Assembly: GCA_051251915.1 (NCBI GenBank)
Contig: JBPOGF010000033.1
Coordinates: 1 to 25,156 of the forward strand
Source: Akkermansiaceae bacterium
GTDB lineage: Bacteria > Verrucomicrobiota > Verrucomicrobiia > Verrucomicrobiales > Akkermansiaceae
Length of the DNA stretch: 25,156 bases
Direction of reading: 5' to 3'
The notes beneath the pieces were generated by a model. The model ran no database searches. It was not told the origin of the DNA and saw nothing but the letters and a program-made list of their open reading frames with translations. Below, in pieces: positions 8,895 to 17,832 of the stretch (within the stretch, counting starts at the first letter, position 1; every line of letters starts with the position of its first letter). Both the position numbers and the translations under genes were made by a program.

Positions 8895-8989
8895 TGGCGG
8901 AGAGGGAAGGAATTGAACCAACCCGGGACCATAACAGCCCCACAACAGTTTTGAAGACTGCGGCCACCACCAGGCATGCATCACTCTCC
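8895..8989 (-). tRNA. selC: tRNA-Sec-like tRNA, anticodon UCA (selC), with a 12-bp acceptor+T axis
   Basis: Minus strand: GGAGAGTG AT GCATGCC TGGT GGTGGC C GCAGT CTTCAAA ACTGT TG TGGGGCTG TTA TGGTCCCG G GTTGG TTCAATT CCTTC CCTCTCC G CCA. 95 nt, UCA anticodon, 4-nt UGGU D-loop, long variable arm, G discriminator, encoded CCA. Confidence 0.88.
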
Positions 8990-9007
8990 ATGTTGAATGT
9001 TAGAAGA

Positions 9008-9036
9008 AAACTAAAGCGGAACTGTACTAAGCGCAA
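9008..9036 (-). promoter_or_regulatory. Putative sigma70-type promoter for the tRNA
   Basis: Minus strand TTGCGC-N17-TAGTTT, with the -10 element ending 18 nt upstream of tRNA G1. Confidence 0.4.
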
Positions 9037-9107
9037 GTAACCTTTCGTATAATTTGCGCATTTCGCAGTCAACCACACCAAAGCATATGCTCCTTTCTCC
9101 TCAACAC

Positions 9108-9386
9108 TTATGGGGCAACAACCTTTGGCATATAAACCTCAGGATTAGCCTCAAACGCCTTAATGCAAGCAGTGCAACAAAACTTCACCTGCTGCCCCTT
9201 ATAAATCTTAGTATAAGTCCTCTTCGTCTCACTAAGCGGCCGATCGATTACCAAACAAGTATCCAACGGATAAGGCTTAGCCGCAGCCAGCTCCTTCTTA
9301 CTAGGCTGAGGCGGAGAATTCGTAGCACAAGACGAGCTAACAAGCGGAAGTATAAACAAGGCAACTAGCCTAAATTTGCGTTTCAT
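9108..9386 (-). CDS. Small YHS/TRASH-like metal-binding lipoprotein
   Basis: Lipoprotein signal ending LVSSSC; YPLDTCLV...YKGQQVKFCCTACIKAFEANPEVY. Confidence 0.8.
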   Translation of the reverse strand: MKRKFRLVALFILPLVSSSCATNSPPQPSKKELAAAKPYPLDTCLVIDRPLSETKRTYTKIYKGQQVKFCCTACIKAFEANPEVYMPKVVAP

Positions 9387-9414
9387 AATAAGTGATTCTT
9401 AATGGATTAATTCA

Positions 9415-9909
9415 TCAATTTACAGCCGTAAAAAACATAATAACTGACATTACCGCCATCGAGACATTCTCAGTCACAGCCACAGTAGAAAGCGGAACCT
9501 TCAAAGTCGTCCCCAAGCAAGCACAATTCGTATTCAACCCCTTAGCCAACGCCATAATCACTCCCAAACCACCAAATCCCATCAGAATAAACGTCGCAAC
9601 ATAAACCCATACAGCACCACCCGCCAAATAACCAAGCGCCAAACCCAACTCCAAAAAAGGATAGATCAACCCATAAGGCCGACAACGCATCGCCAACAAA
9701 TCATACTTCGCAAACCCCTTAGCAAACCCACTCACATTAAACAACTTCAAAGCCGAAAACTGCAACAAAAACAACCCCATAAAAAGATGCATAAATCGAT
9801 TCATGCTATAACCTTCAAACCTAGAAAGAGCTACAGCCCCTAGCGCCGCTAGTCCAATAATCGTAAGTAGCGGCGCATATTGAGAAATTTTTGATGACTT
9901 ATTATCCAT
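9415..9909 (-). CDS. MauE/DoxX-like membrane protein (start moved from 9948 to ATG 9909)
   Basis: FMGLF..FS.LKL....FAKGF.KYDLLA...YGLIYPFLEL.L and CACLGT...PLSTVAVTEN; about 5 TM segments. Confidence 0.8.
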   Translation of the reverse strand: MDNKSSKISQYAPLLTIIGLAALGAVALSRFEGYSMNRFMHLFMGLFLLQFSALKLFNVSGFAKGFAKYDLLAMRCRPYGLIYPFLELGLALGYLAGGAVWVYVATFILMGFGGLGVIMALAKGLNTNCACLGTTLKVPLSTVAVTENVSMAVMSVIMFFTAVN

Positions 9910-9972
9910 ATCGATTCCTGAAATTATCACACAATCGTGAAAGATCAAAAGTTATGATCATGTAGCCTTAAA

Positions 9973-10971
9973 ATGAGTAACCTCTCCCAACTAATTCCCC
10001 GTAAAAAACGCCTTCTTAAAATCTCAGGCATACTAGTCATACTCACCTTAACCCTAGCAACCTTAGCCATCAACTACATGGCCATCCAAATAGCCTCCCC
10101 ACCACCATCCAAAATTCCACCCAGCACCACCACCATCCTAGAAACCCCAGAAAAATACGGCATAGTCATCCACAAACTCGCCTGCCTCAATGGCAAAGTC
10201 CCCACCCTCATCATAGAACCAGCCCCCACCCACCCCATCAGCACCAAAGGCGCACTCGTCAGAAAACAACTCACAGCACGCGGCACCACCCTAACAAAAT
10301 ACGGCACCATCCGCGGCACCGTAGTCATCCTCCACGGCAGAACCGGCAGAAAAGAGAACGGCATAGGCATCGCAGAGAGATTTTGCGCCGCAGGCCTCCG
10401 ATGCATCCTAGTAGACCTCCCATCACACGGCGAAAGCCCAGTCAAAAACGTAAAATTCGGCACTACAAACTGGGAACAAGACATCCCTTACCAAGTCCTA
10501 ACAGAATGCGCCAACCACTTCCACTTCAGCAAAGAAAACACCGCCCTCTGGGGCATGTCCATGGGCGGCTCCTTCGCCACATCCACCGCCACTGACCCAG
10601 AACACGGCCACACTTGGACCAGCATCACCATTGTCTGCTCATTCGATTCCCTAACCCACATTATCAAAAGAAAATGCAAATTCAACTGGCTCACAAACCT
10701 TACCTCTACTCTCTGTATCTATCACGGCGGAGCAGATTTCTCCAAAGTCCAACCCGCAAATTGGGCCAAGCAAATCCTTACCCCCACACTAGTAGTCCAC
10801 GGCAACACAGACGAACTCATCCCCGAACCCAGAGGTAAGTTTCTCTACCAAAGCTTCGCCAGCCCTGACAAAAAATACCTCACCGTAAAAGGCGCCAACC
10901 ACAACAACATCCTAATCACCCCCATGCCCCTCTACGCCGAAATGGCAGACTGGATACTAACCCACTTCTAA
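9973..10971 (+). CDS. Membrane-anchored alpha/beta-hydrolase
   Basis: N-terminal TM segment; LHG, DLPSHGES, GMSMGG, HGNTDELIP and GANHNN motifs (Ser-Asp-His triad). Confidence 0.88.
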   Translation: MSNLSQLIPRKKRLLKISGILVILTLTLATLAINYMAIQIASPPPSKIPPSTTTILETPEKYGIVIHKLACLNGKVPTLIIEPAPTHPISTKGALVRKQLTARGTTLTKYGTIRGTVVILHGRTGRKENGIGIAERFCAAGLRCILVDLPSHGESPVKNVKFGTTNWEQDIPYQVLTECANHFHFSKENTALWGMSMGGSFATSTATDPEHGHTWTSITIVCSFDSLTHIIKRKCKFNWLTNLTSTLCIYHGGADFSKVQPANWAKQILTPTLVVHGNTDELIPEPRGKFLYQSFASPDKKYLTVKGANHNNILITPMPLYAEMADWILTHF

Positions 10972-10984
10972 TTCCTAACTCCAC

Positions 10985-12127
10985 CTACTCCATACCGTAA
11001 ACCTTCTTCACAGAATTCGCCTGTTCCAAAGCTTCCTCAACACTAGCCGCAGTAAAACTCACATGCCCCATCTTACGCCCAGCCCTAGCCACAGCCTTCC
11101 CATAAAGATGCAACTTAGCCCCAGGAATCTCATGAATCGGTGACCAATCAGGAGCCTCCTTCGGTGCAGGCCAAATATCTCCAAGCAAATTCAACATCAC
11201 AACCGGCTGGATCAACTTCGTGCTACCCAGCGGCAACCCACAAATAGCCCTTAACTGCTGCTCAAATTGTGAAGTCGCACAAGCATCAATCGTATGATGA
11301 CCAGAATTATGCGGACGTGGAGCCATCTCATTCACCAGCAACTTACCTGCCTTATCAATGAAAAACTCAACCCCCATCACCCCTACATAACCTAAAGCAA
11401 CAGTCACATCTCGAGCTATCTCCTGAACCTCACGCTGCAACTTCGCAGACAACCTAGCCGGAACAATCGATACATCCAAAATATGATTCACATGCTCATT
11501 CTCAGCAGGATCATAAGTCAAAACCTCACCATCCTGCCCCCCCACACAAATCACCGAAAGCTCAGCCGCTAAATCTATCCGCTGCTCCACAATCGCATCA
11601 CCACCACCAAATTCCTCCCAGATCACTTCAGCTGACGCACGCTCACCATCATCCTTCACCAACAACTGCCCCTTACCATCATAACCATCCTCAAGTGTCT
11701 TCAAAATCACATCACCCGGAATCTTCTCCAGCGCAACAGCCAACTCCACCGCATCTCTAACAATCTCAAACGCAGTCGTCGGTATCCCATTTTCACGTAA
11801 AAACATCTTCTCACGCTCCCTATTCTGGCAAATGCTCACCGCCCTAGTCGATGGCATCACAGGCACCCTCTCAGCCACCCTATTAATCAAATCCCTAGGA
11901 ATATTCTCAAACTCCACCGTCACAACACTCGCCGTGCTAGTGAACTTCTCAAAAGCAGACTCCGAATCAAATGAGTCCAGCAAAATAATATCCGCAAAGC
12001 GAGCCGCCCCAGAATTATCTCCACCAGTCCACATCATCACCCTATAACCCATTCTCCTAGCATCCAGCGCCAGCATCCTACCCAGCTGGCCGCCACCCAG
12101 AACTCCTATACAAGGTTCGTGATCCAT
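10985..12127 (-). CDS. purK: N5-carboxyaminoimidazole ribonucleotide synthase
   Basis: GVLGGGQLGRML, VTVEFENI, GYDGKGQ, NEMAPRPHNSGH, HLYGK...GRKMGH. Confidence 0.97.
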   Translation of the reverse strand: MDHEPCIGVLGGGQLGRMLALDARRMGYRVMMWTGGDNSGAARFADIILLDSFDSESAFEKFTSTASVVTVEFENIPRDLINRVAERVPVMPSTRAVSICQNREREKMFLRENGIPTTAFEIVRDAVELAVALEKIPGDVILKTLEDGYDGKGQLLVKDDGERASAEVIWEEFGGGDAIVEQRIDLAAELSVICVGGQDGEVLTYDPAENEHVNHILDVSIVPARLSAKLQREVQEIARDVTVALGYVGVMGVEFFIDKAGKLLVNEMAPRPHNSGHHTIDACATSQFEQQLRAICGLPLGSTKLIQPVVMLNLLGDIWPAPKEAPDWSPIHEIPGAKLHLYGKAVARAGRKMGHVSFTAASVEEALEQANSVKKVYGME

Positions 12128-12131
12128 AAAA

Positions 12132-12656
12132 TTAAATCGTTTCTATTTTAATATCCTCCATCTGCGGCAAACCACCAGCCTCTACCTTGCTACGCTGGTT
12201 CTCACGGAAAGTAGTCAGCTTAGCAGCCACCTCCGCATCCCCATTCGCAGCCAACATCGCAGCAGCAAACAAAGCAGCATTCGTAGCCCCAGCATCACCA
12301 ATAGCAAACGTCGCCGTAGGAATCCCCGCAGGCATCTGAACAATAGAAAGCAAAGAATCCACCCCGTTCAAAGTCCGAGACTTCACAGGAACCCCAAGCA
12401 CCGGAATCGGAGTGATCGCCGCCGCCATCCCAGGCAAATGAGCAGCCCCACCAGCACCTGCAATAATACACTTAAGACCACGCTCAGCAGCAGACTCAGC
12501 ATAGCTATACAACAACTGCGGAGTCCTATGCGCACTCACCACCTTAGCTTCCCAAGGAATGCCAAACTGTGTAAGAATTTTCGCCGAATTCTCCAAAGTC
12601 GGCCAATCTGACTGACTCCCCATAATAATACCTACTACCGCTGCTTGATCGTTCAT
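12132..12656 (-). CDS. purE: N5-CAIR mutase (likely start ATG 12656, [14 protein letters not shown])
   Basis: [38 protein letters not shown]. The longer ORF start overlaps sbtB. Confidence 0.96.
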   Translation of the reverse strand: MNDQAAVVGIIMGSQSDWPTLENSAKILTQFGIPWEAKVVSAHRTPQLLYSYAESAAERGLKCIIAGAGGAAHLPGMAAAITPIPVLGVPVKSRTLNGVDSLLSIVQMPAGIPTATFAIGDAGATNAALFAAAMLAANGDAEVAAKLTTFRENQRSKVEAGGLPQMEDIKIETI

Positions 12657-12690
12657 AATGTGTGTAGAAAACCTATAATCACGATCCACA

Positions 12691-13008
12691 TCAATCTCCA
12701 GAATAATCTCTGACGAATTTATCTTCACGCACCACTTCCACATCAGTCATATACGCAATCAATGCATAATTCTTCATATAACGCTCACTCACTTCAGTAA
12801 GTATCTTCTCACCCACTATCAGCGGAACGATCGTATCAATCTGAATATTGCGCCCCTCGAAGTCGGAAGCATGGATGCCCTTTGAGCCCTCACCTTCGCA
12901 TGCCGTAAGTGTATGGCCTGTACTGCCCGCTTCTCTAAGAATGTCTAAGATGCTCTCCTTAAGAAGACTCTCAGTAATAATAGTTACTTTTTTAAGTGAT
13001 ATTAGCAT
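12691..13008 (-). CDS. sbtB: PII-like regulator SbtB
   Basis: [10 protein letters not shown]...I...L..AG.TG.T....G.GS.G...NI.I.TIV...VEVVRE.KF; 3 bp downstream of sbtA. Confidence 0.82.
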   Translation of the reverse strand: MLISLKKVTIITESLLKESILDILREAGSTGHTLTACEGEGSKGIHASDFEGRNIQIDTIVPLIVGEKILTEVSERYMKNYALIAYMTDVEVVREDKFVRDYSGD

Positions 13009-13011
13009 GAT

Positions 13012-13965
13012 TTAAAGTTGGGTTAAAATTTCGGCAGTTTTCATGTAAAGAGGTATCCCAAAAATAAGATTGAAAGGAAAGGTAACCCCGAGTGCCAAAG
13101 TAAGATATATACCCGGACTAGCCTCCGGCAACGCTATTCTCACAGCAGCAGGTGCAGCTATGTAAGATGCACTTCCTACCATTGCCCCTAAAATAGCAGC
13201 CCCCCCAGGACTCATCCCTATGAGCACCCCCACACTCGTCCCCAGAACTCCATGCAGCACAGGTATTGCACATCCTAAAACAATCAACTTCCACCCAGCC
13301 TGCTTCATATCCCGCATCCGACCCGCAGCCACAGTCCCCAGCTCTAGCAAAAATAAACACAAAACACCTTTAAAAGGATCGATAAAGAAAGGCGCTACCC
13401 CCGCTACCTTCTCAGCACCGCAGAGCGTTCCAATAACCAACCCTCCAATCAATAAAAAGATACTCTTCCCAGTTACCACATCATGGATAGCCGCTCCTAG
13501 ACTCCCGCTACCCTTACCTCTCGCTAAAATAAGCCCCACAATAATCCCAGGAATCTCCAACAACGCCATCAGCGCAGCCACATAACCTTCAAATTCTAAG
13601 CCCGCCAACTGCACCGCCTCAATAGAAGCCAGAAAAGTCACCGCAGACACCGAGCCATAATGAGCCGCCGTCGCAGAAGCATCCGTTTTACTCAGCCCGC
13701 CAAACCTCCGCATCCAAAAATAAGCCGAAAGAGGAGTGATCACACCCAGAGCCAAAGTCACCAACGCTGGCGTCATTAACTCCCCAATAGGAGTCTTTGA
13801 CACAGCCACTCCTCCCTTCAACCCTATCGCTAAGAGCAAATAGATCGATAAACTCTGATACACAGCATCAGGCAGCTTAAAGTCACTCTTCACCCACCGT
13901 GCCACAGCCCCCATCACAAAGCATAAGACCACGGGCGATATCAAATTCTGTAGTGCTAATTCCAT
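13012..13965 (-). CDS. sbtA: Na+-dependent bicarbonate transporter, SbtA/DUF897 family
   Basis: YLLLAIGLKGG, AAHYGSVSAVTF, LFLLELG, SASYIAAPAA, LGVTFPFNL..GIPLY; about 10 TM segments. Confidence 0.9.
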   Translation of the reverse strand: MELALQNLISPVVLCFVMGAVARWVKSDFKLPDAVYQSLSIYLLLAIGLKGGVAVSKTPIGELMTPALVTLALGVITPLSAYFWMRRFGGLSKTDASATAAHYGSVSAVTFLASIEAVQLAGLEFEGYVAALMALLEIPGIIVGLILARGKGSGSLGAAIHDVVTGKSIFLLIGGLVIGTLCGAEKVAGVAPFFIDPFKGVLCLFLLELGTVAAGRMRDMKQAGWKLIVLGCAIPVLHGVLGTSVGVLIGMSPGGAAILGAMVGSASYIAAPAAVRIALPEASPGIYLTLALGVTFPFNLIFGIPLYMKTAEILTQL

Positions 13966-14030
13966 TTTTGTTTATTTTTTATTCTTAATTCAACAGAAAG
14001 ATACCATCACCTTCCTCTAAAAATTAACTC

Positions 14031-15233
14031 TCACCCCTCTTCGTCCGGCTTACAATGAGAGCACCTTCGCAGAAGAACATAGCCAGTGATCCCAGAAAGC
14101 AAGGAACCCGCGAGTATACCTAACCTAGCCTCTGCATTAAATACAGGTGCAGCAGATCCCTCATAAGCCAGCGAAGCGATAAATAAACTCATCGTGAACC
14201 CCACTCCACACAGACAGGCTAAACCATATAACTGCCTCCATGAAACTCCATCAGGAACCTTGGCCAACCCACTCCTTATCATCACCCAACAGAAACCAAA
14301 CACACCAATCTGTTTTCCAATAAATAAGCCCAATGCTATCCCCAGAGGAATAGGTCTCATCAATGACTCCAATGACAACCCAACCAACGGAACACCAGCA
14401 TTTGCAAAGGCAAACACAGGCAAGATGAAGAACGCTACCCAACCATGAAGAAAGTGCTCCACCTTCTCAGCCGCACCATGCTCACCACTAGGTCGTGCAG
14501 GAATAAATGCTGCCAAAGCAACCCCAGCCAGGGTAGCATGCACTCCAGACTTAAGAACACTCACCCATAAAATAACACCTAATAGCAAATAAGGCGCTAT
14601 CGACTTCACCCCACTCTTATTCAAAATAAAGAGCGCAAACAATGTCATAACCGACACAATCAACGCACTAACAGACAACTGACTCGTGTAAAATACAGCA
14701 ATGATAACAATAGCCGCTAGATCATCAATAACCGCTATAGAGGTAAGTAATATCTTCAAAGCCACCGGCGCCCTACTTCCTAACAGAGCCAATATTCCCA
14801 GCGCAAATGCAATATCCGTTGCCGCAGGTATAGCCCAGCCATTAAGTGCCGCCATATCCCCCTGATTAAATAACACATAGATAGCCGCGGGGAAACACAA
14901 CCCACCCACAGCAGCAGCCAAAGGAAGAGTTATTTTCTTCCACTCAGAGAGCTCCCCATAGAAAATCTCTCGCTTCAACTCTATTCCCACTAACAAGAAA
15001 AACACCGCCATCAATCCATCATTAATCCAAAGAAGAAGAGGCTTATGAATAATCAATTCACCAATCATCACTTTCACCGGAGTCTCCAGTAAAGCAGGAT
15101 ACCAAGCCACCCCCATATTACTCACGATCAATGCCAACAACGTAGAAAGCATCAGCAAGACTCCTCCACTTACCTCATGCCGAAATAAATTACTTATTTT
15201 ACTCTGCCAACAAGACTTTTCATTAATACTCAT
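14031..15233 (-). CDS. nhaA: Na+/H+ antiporter NhaA
   Basis: WINDGLMAVFF, GIELKRE, GWAIPAATDIAFALG, AVIDDL, SGVHATLAG, FAFANAG, GVGFTMSLFI. Confidence 0.96.
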   Translation of the reverse strand: MSINEKSCWQSKISNLFRHEVSGGVLLMLSTLLALIVSNMGVAWYPALLETPVKVMIGELIIHKPLLLWINDGLMAVFFLLVGIELKREIFYGELSEWKKITLPLAAAVGGLCFPAAIYVLFNQGDMAALNGWAIPAATDIAFALGILALLGSRAPVALKILLTSIAVIDDLAAIVIIAVFYTSQLSVSALIVSVMTLFALFILNKSGVKSIAPYLLLGVILWVSVLKSGVHATLAGVALAAFIPARPSGEHGAAEKVEHFLHGWVAFFILPVFAFANAGVPLVGLSLESLMRPIPLGIALGLFIGKQIGVFGFCWVMIRSGLAKVPDGVSWRQLYGLACLCGVGFTMSLFIASLAYEGSAAPVFNAEARLGILAGSLLSGITGYVLLRRCSHCKPDEEG

Positions 15234-15286
15234 AGTTTTTTTTTATAAGTCGTGATGTCGAGTATAACCATCGTCTCAATATCCAT
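15230..15286 (-). CDS. Possible 18-aa leader peptide MDIETMVILDITTYKKKL
   Basis: GGAGA Shine-Dalgarno-like motif 6 nt before ATG 15286; its TGA overlaps the nhaA ATG (ATGA). Confidence 0.3.
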   Translation of the reverse strand: MDIETMVILDITTYKKKL

Positions 15287-15373
15287 GATTATTCTCCAGC
15301 ACCCAACTCTCTTTTAAAGGTTGATTTGTTTCTGCTACACGGCTATAAAACCATAGATATTTTAACACGCAAC

Positions 15374-15403
15374 TTAAAACATGACATAATTTTCATGTTT
15401 TAA
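15374..15403. promoter_or_regulatory. Palindromic putative operator between nhaA and the divergent regulator
   Basis: TTAAAACATGA-N8-TCATGTTTTAA, perfect 11-bp arms. Confidence 0.7.
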
Positions 15404-15433
15404 AATTCACATAACGAAAACAACTTAAATACA

Positions 15434-15730
15434 ATGGATAACGAAGCAACAAGCTCAGCAAGAAAATGGACTTTCCTCACAAACCACCTACACATAATAT
15501 TATGTCTACATCGCGATGACACCTCCACCATCAGAAGTTTAGCAGTAAATATAGGTATCACAGAGAGATCAGTTCAGCGTATCCTCAAAGAACTCATCGA
15601 AGAAGAAGTGATCACCAGCCAGCGAGACGGTAGAAACAACACCTACCAAATCAACTACCACTACAAACTAAGACACGAGCTAGAAAAAAACCACAACATC
15701 GGTGAGTTACTAGAAATACTAAAAGAATAA
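15434..15730 (+). CDS. Small winged-helix (ArsR/MarR-like) transcriptional regulator
   Basis: WTFLTNH...IRSLAVNIGITERSVQRILKEL...RDGRNNTY.IN...LRH.LE; 98 aa. Confidence 0.85.
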   Translation: MDNEATSSARKWTFLTNHLHIILCLHRDDTSTIRSLAVNIGITERSVQRILKELIEEEVITSQRDGRNNTYQINYHYKLRHELEKNHNIGELLEILKE

Positions 15731-15814
15731 AAAAAGCCCTTTCTCCACAAACTCAATCATCCACCATTCCTGCAGACTCGTCCTAAGCAGCACAAGCAGC
15801 AACCCTAGTAAAAA

Positions 15815-17821
15815 TCACCCCTCCCCTCGAATAATCTCCTCCGCAATCCGCCTAGCCTCCCGGATCAAATCCACATCCGCCAAATACTCAATAAACCGCA
15901 TATCCGCCAGCCCACTCTGCTCCGTCCCCAGCACATCCCCAGGCCCCCTCATCTTCAGATCCGCCTCAGAAATCTTAAACCCATCTATCGTATCAGCCAA
16001 CACCTGCAACTTCTCCAGCGCATCCGGATTCTTCGCCTTCGTCACCAAAATACAATAACTCTTATGCTCCCCCCTCCCAATACGTCCGCGTAACTGATGC
16101 AACTGCGACAACCCAAACCTCTCCGCATCATATACCACCATCACACTAGCATTCGGCACATCCACCCCCACCTCTATCACCGAAGTAGCCACCAAAACCT
16201 GACTCACATTCCCCCGAAAATCTTTCATCACCCCCTCCTTCTCATCCGCAGACATCTTCCCATGCACCAGAGACACCTCATGCGGCCCCAACCTCTTCAC
16301 CCACTTCTCATACTCCACCGTCGCCGCCCCAGCCTTAAGAGACTCACTCTCCTCCACCAGCGGATAAACAATATACGCCTGCCGCCCATCATCCAGCTTC
16401 TCCTTCAGAAATTTCGTCACATCACTCACCTTAGCATTAGGCCGCACCCCAGTAATAATCTTCCCCCTACCCTTCGGCAATTCATCAATCACAGACACAT
16501 CCAAATCCCCATAAATCGTCAACGTCAACGTCCGCGGAATCGGCGTCGCAGTCATCACCAGCACATCCGGCATCACCCCCTTCTTCACCAGCCTCCCTCG
16601 CTGCTCCACCCCAAACTTATGCTGCTCATCAATGATCACCAACCCCAAATCATCAAACACATTATCCCCATACAACAACGCATGAGTCCCTATCATAATC
16701 TGCGGCTTCTCAGACCAACTCATCTCCCCTGGCTCATCCCTATCAGATGTCATCAACCCCACCCGCACCTTCAGCGGATCCAACCGCTCCCGAAACGTCA
16801 AATAATGCTGCTCCGCTAAAATCTGCGTCGGAGCCATCAGCGCCACCTGCGCCCCACTATCCACCGCCAACAAAGCAGCACACAACGCCACAAACGTCTT
16901 ACCAGAACCCACATCCCCCTGCAGCATCCTATTCATCGGCAACTCACTCCGCATATCGCCAATAATCTCCCGCACACAACGCTTCTGTGCATCCGTCAGA
17001 TCAAACGGCAAACTCTCATAAAACTCCTTCAACAAATGCATCCTCTGCGCCTGCACCCGCCCCTCCTGCTGATGATACCTCTTCCGCCTCCGCGCCACCT
17101 CCAACTGCAACCCAACAAACTCCTCCAGCGCAAAAAACCGCCGCGCCGCCTCCACCTGCTCCATCTCACTAGGAAAATGCACCTCCCGATAAGCCTCTAC
17201 CCTTGGATAACTCTCATCCACAGTAAACTCACCCACCAGCGACTCCTCATCCACCCCCTCTAACAACAAAAAAATAATCTCCCGTAACCTCCGCTGAGCA
17301 ACCCCAGACACATTCCTATACACCGGCACTATCCGCTCCACATGCACACTCTCCCTCGTCTCCTCACCCTCCCTTATCACCTCAAACTCCGGATGATCCA
17401 CCACCAACTTACCATTCACATCCTTCGGCCTCCCATACAACACCACCTCATGACCCACCGCTAAAATATTCGCAATATAAGGAGCATTAAACCACCGACA
17501 AGTAATACTATTCTCCCCAAATCCCACCTCATTCCCCGCCTGTATCACCACCTCATACACACCCTTCCTACCACCGAAAAATCGCCTCCCAGCATCCACC
17601 ACCATCCCACGTAAGCACACCGCATCACCACCAGCCTGTGTCGGAAACGCATCAAACCTCCGCCTATCCTCATACCGCTTCGGAACCCTATCCAGCAGAT
17701 CCATCACAGTCTCCACCCCAGCCGAAGTCAGAGCCAACACCTCCTTAGGAGCCAGCACCCCCATCTCAGCTATCACACTCACCCCAGACCAACCATTACT
17801 GTTAGATTCAGCATCCATCAC
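15815..17821 (-). CDS. recG: ATP-dependent DNA helicase RecG
   Basis: Wedge/OB region; LQGDVGSGKT, MAPTQILAEQH, DEQHKFG, MTATPIPRTL, ERFGLSQLHQLRGRIGRG, DGF.I.E.DL..RGPG. Confidence 0.97.
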   Translation of the reverse strand: MMDAESNSNGWSGVSVIAEMGVLAPKEVLALTSAGVETVMDLLDRVPKRYEDRRRFDAFPTQAGGDAVCLRGMVVDAGRRFFGGRKGVYEVVIQAGNEVGFGENSITCRWFNAPYIANILAVGHEVVLYGRPKDVNGKLVVDHPEFEVIREGEETRESVHVERIVPVYRNVSGVAQRRLREIIFLLLEGVDEESLVGEFTVDESYPRVEAYREVHFPSEMEQVEAARRFFALEEFVGLQLEVARRRKRYHQQEGRVQAQRMHLLKEFYESLPFDLTDAQKRCVREIIGDMRSELPMNRMLQGDVGSGKTFVALCAALLAVDSGAQVALMAPTQILAEQHYLTFRERLDPLKVRVGLMTSDRDEPGEMSWSEKPQIMIGTHALLYGDNVFDDLGLVIIDEQHKFGVEQRGRLVKKGVMPDVLVMTATPIPRTLTLTIYGDLDVSVIDELPKGRGKIITGVRPNAKVSDVTKFLKEKLDDGRQAYIVYPLVEESESLKAGAATVEYEKWVKRLGPHEVSLVHGKMSADEKEGVMKDFRGNVSQVLVATSVIEVGVDVPNASVMVVYDAERFGLSQLHQLRGRIGRGEHKSYCILVTKAKNPDALEKLQVLADTIDGFKISEADLKMRGPGDVLGTEQSGLADMRFIEYLADVDLIREARRIAEEIIRGEG

Positions 17822-17832
17822 ATACCACCCTC

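Noticed and set aside
8875..9081. 68-aa minus-strand ORF
   Set aside because: It is a translation across the tRNA gene.
12657..12743. N-terminal extension of PurE
   Set aside because: It overlaps the sbtB 3' end; PurE similarity begins after Met at 12656.
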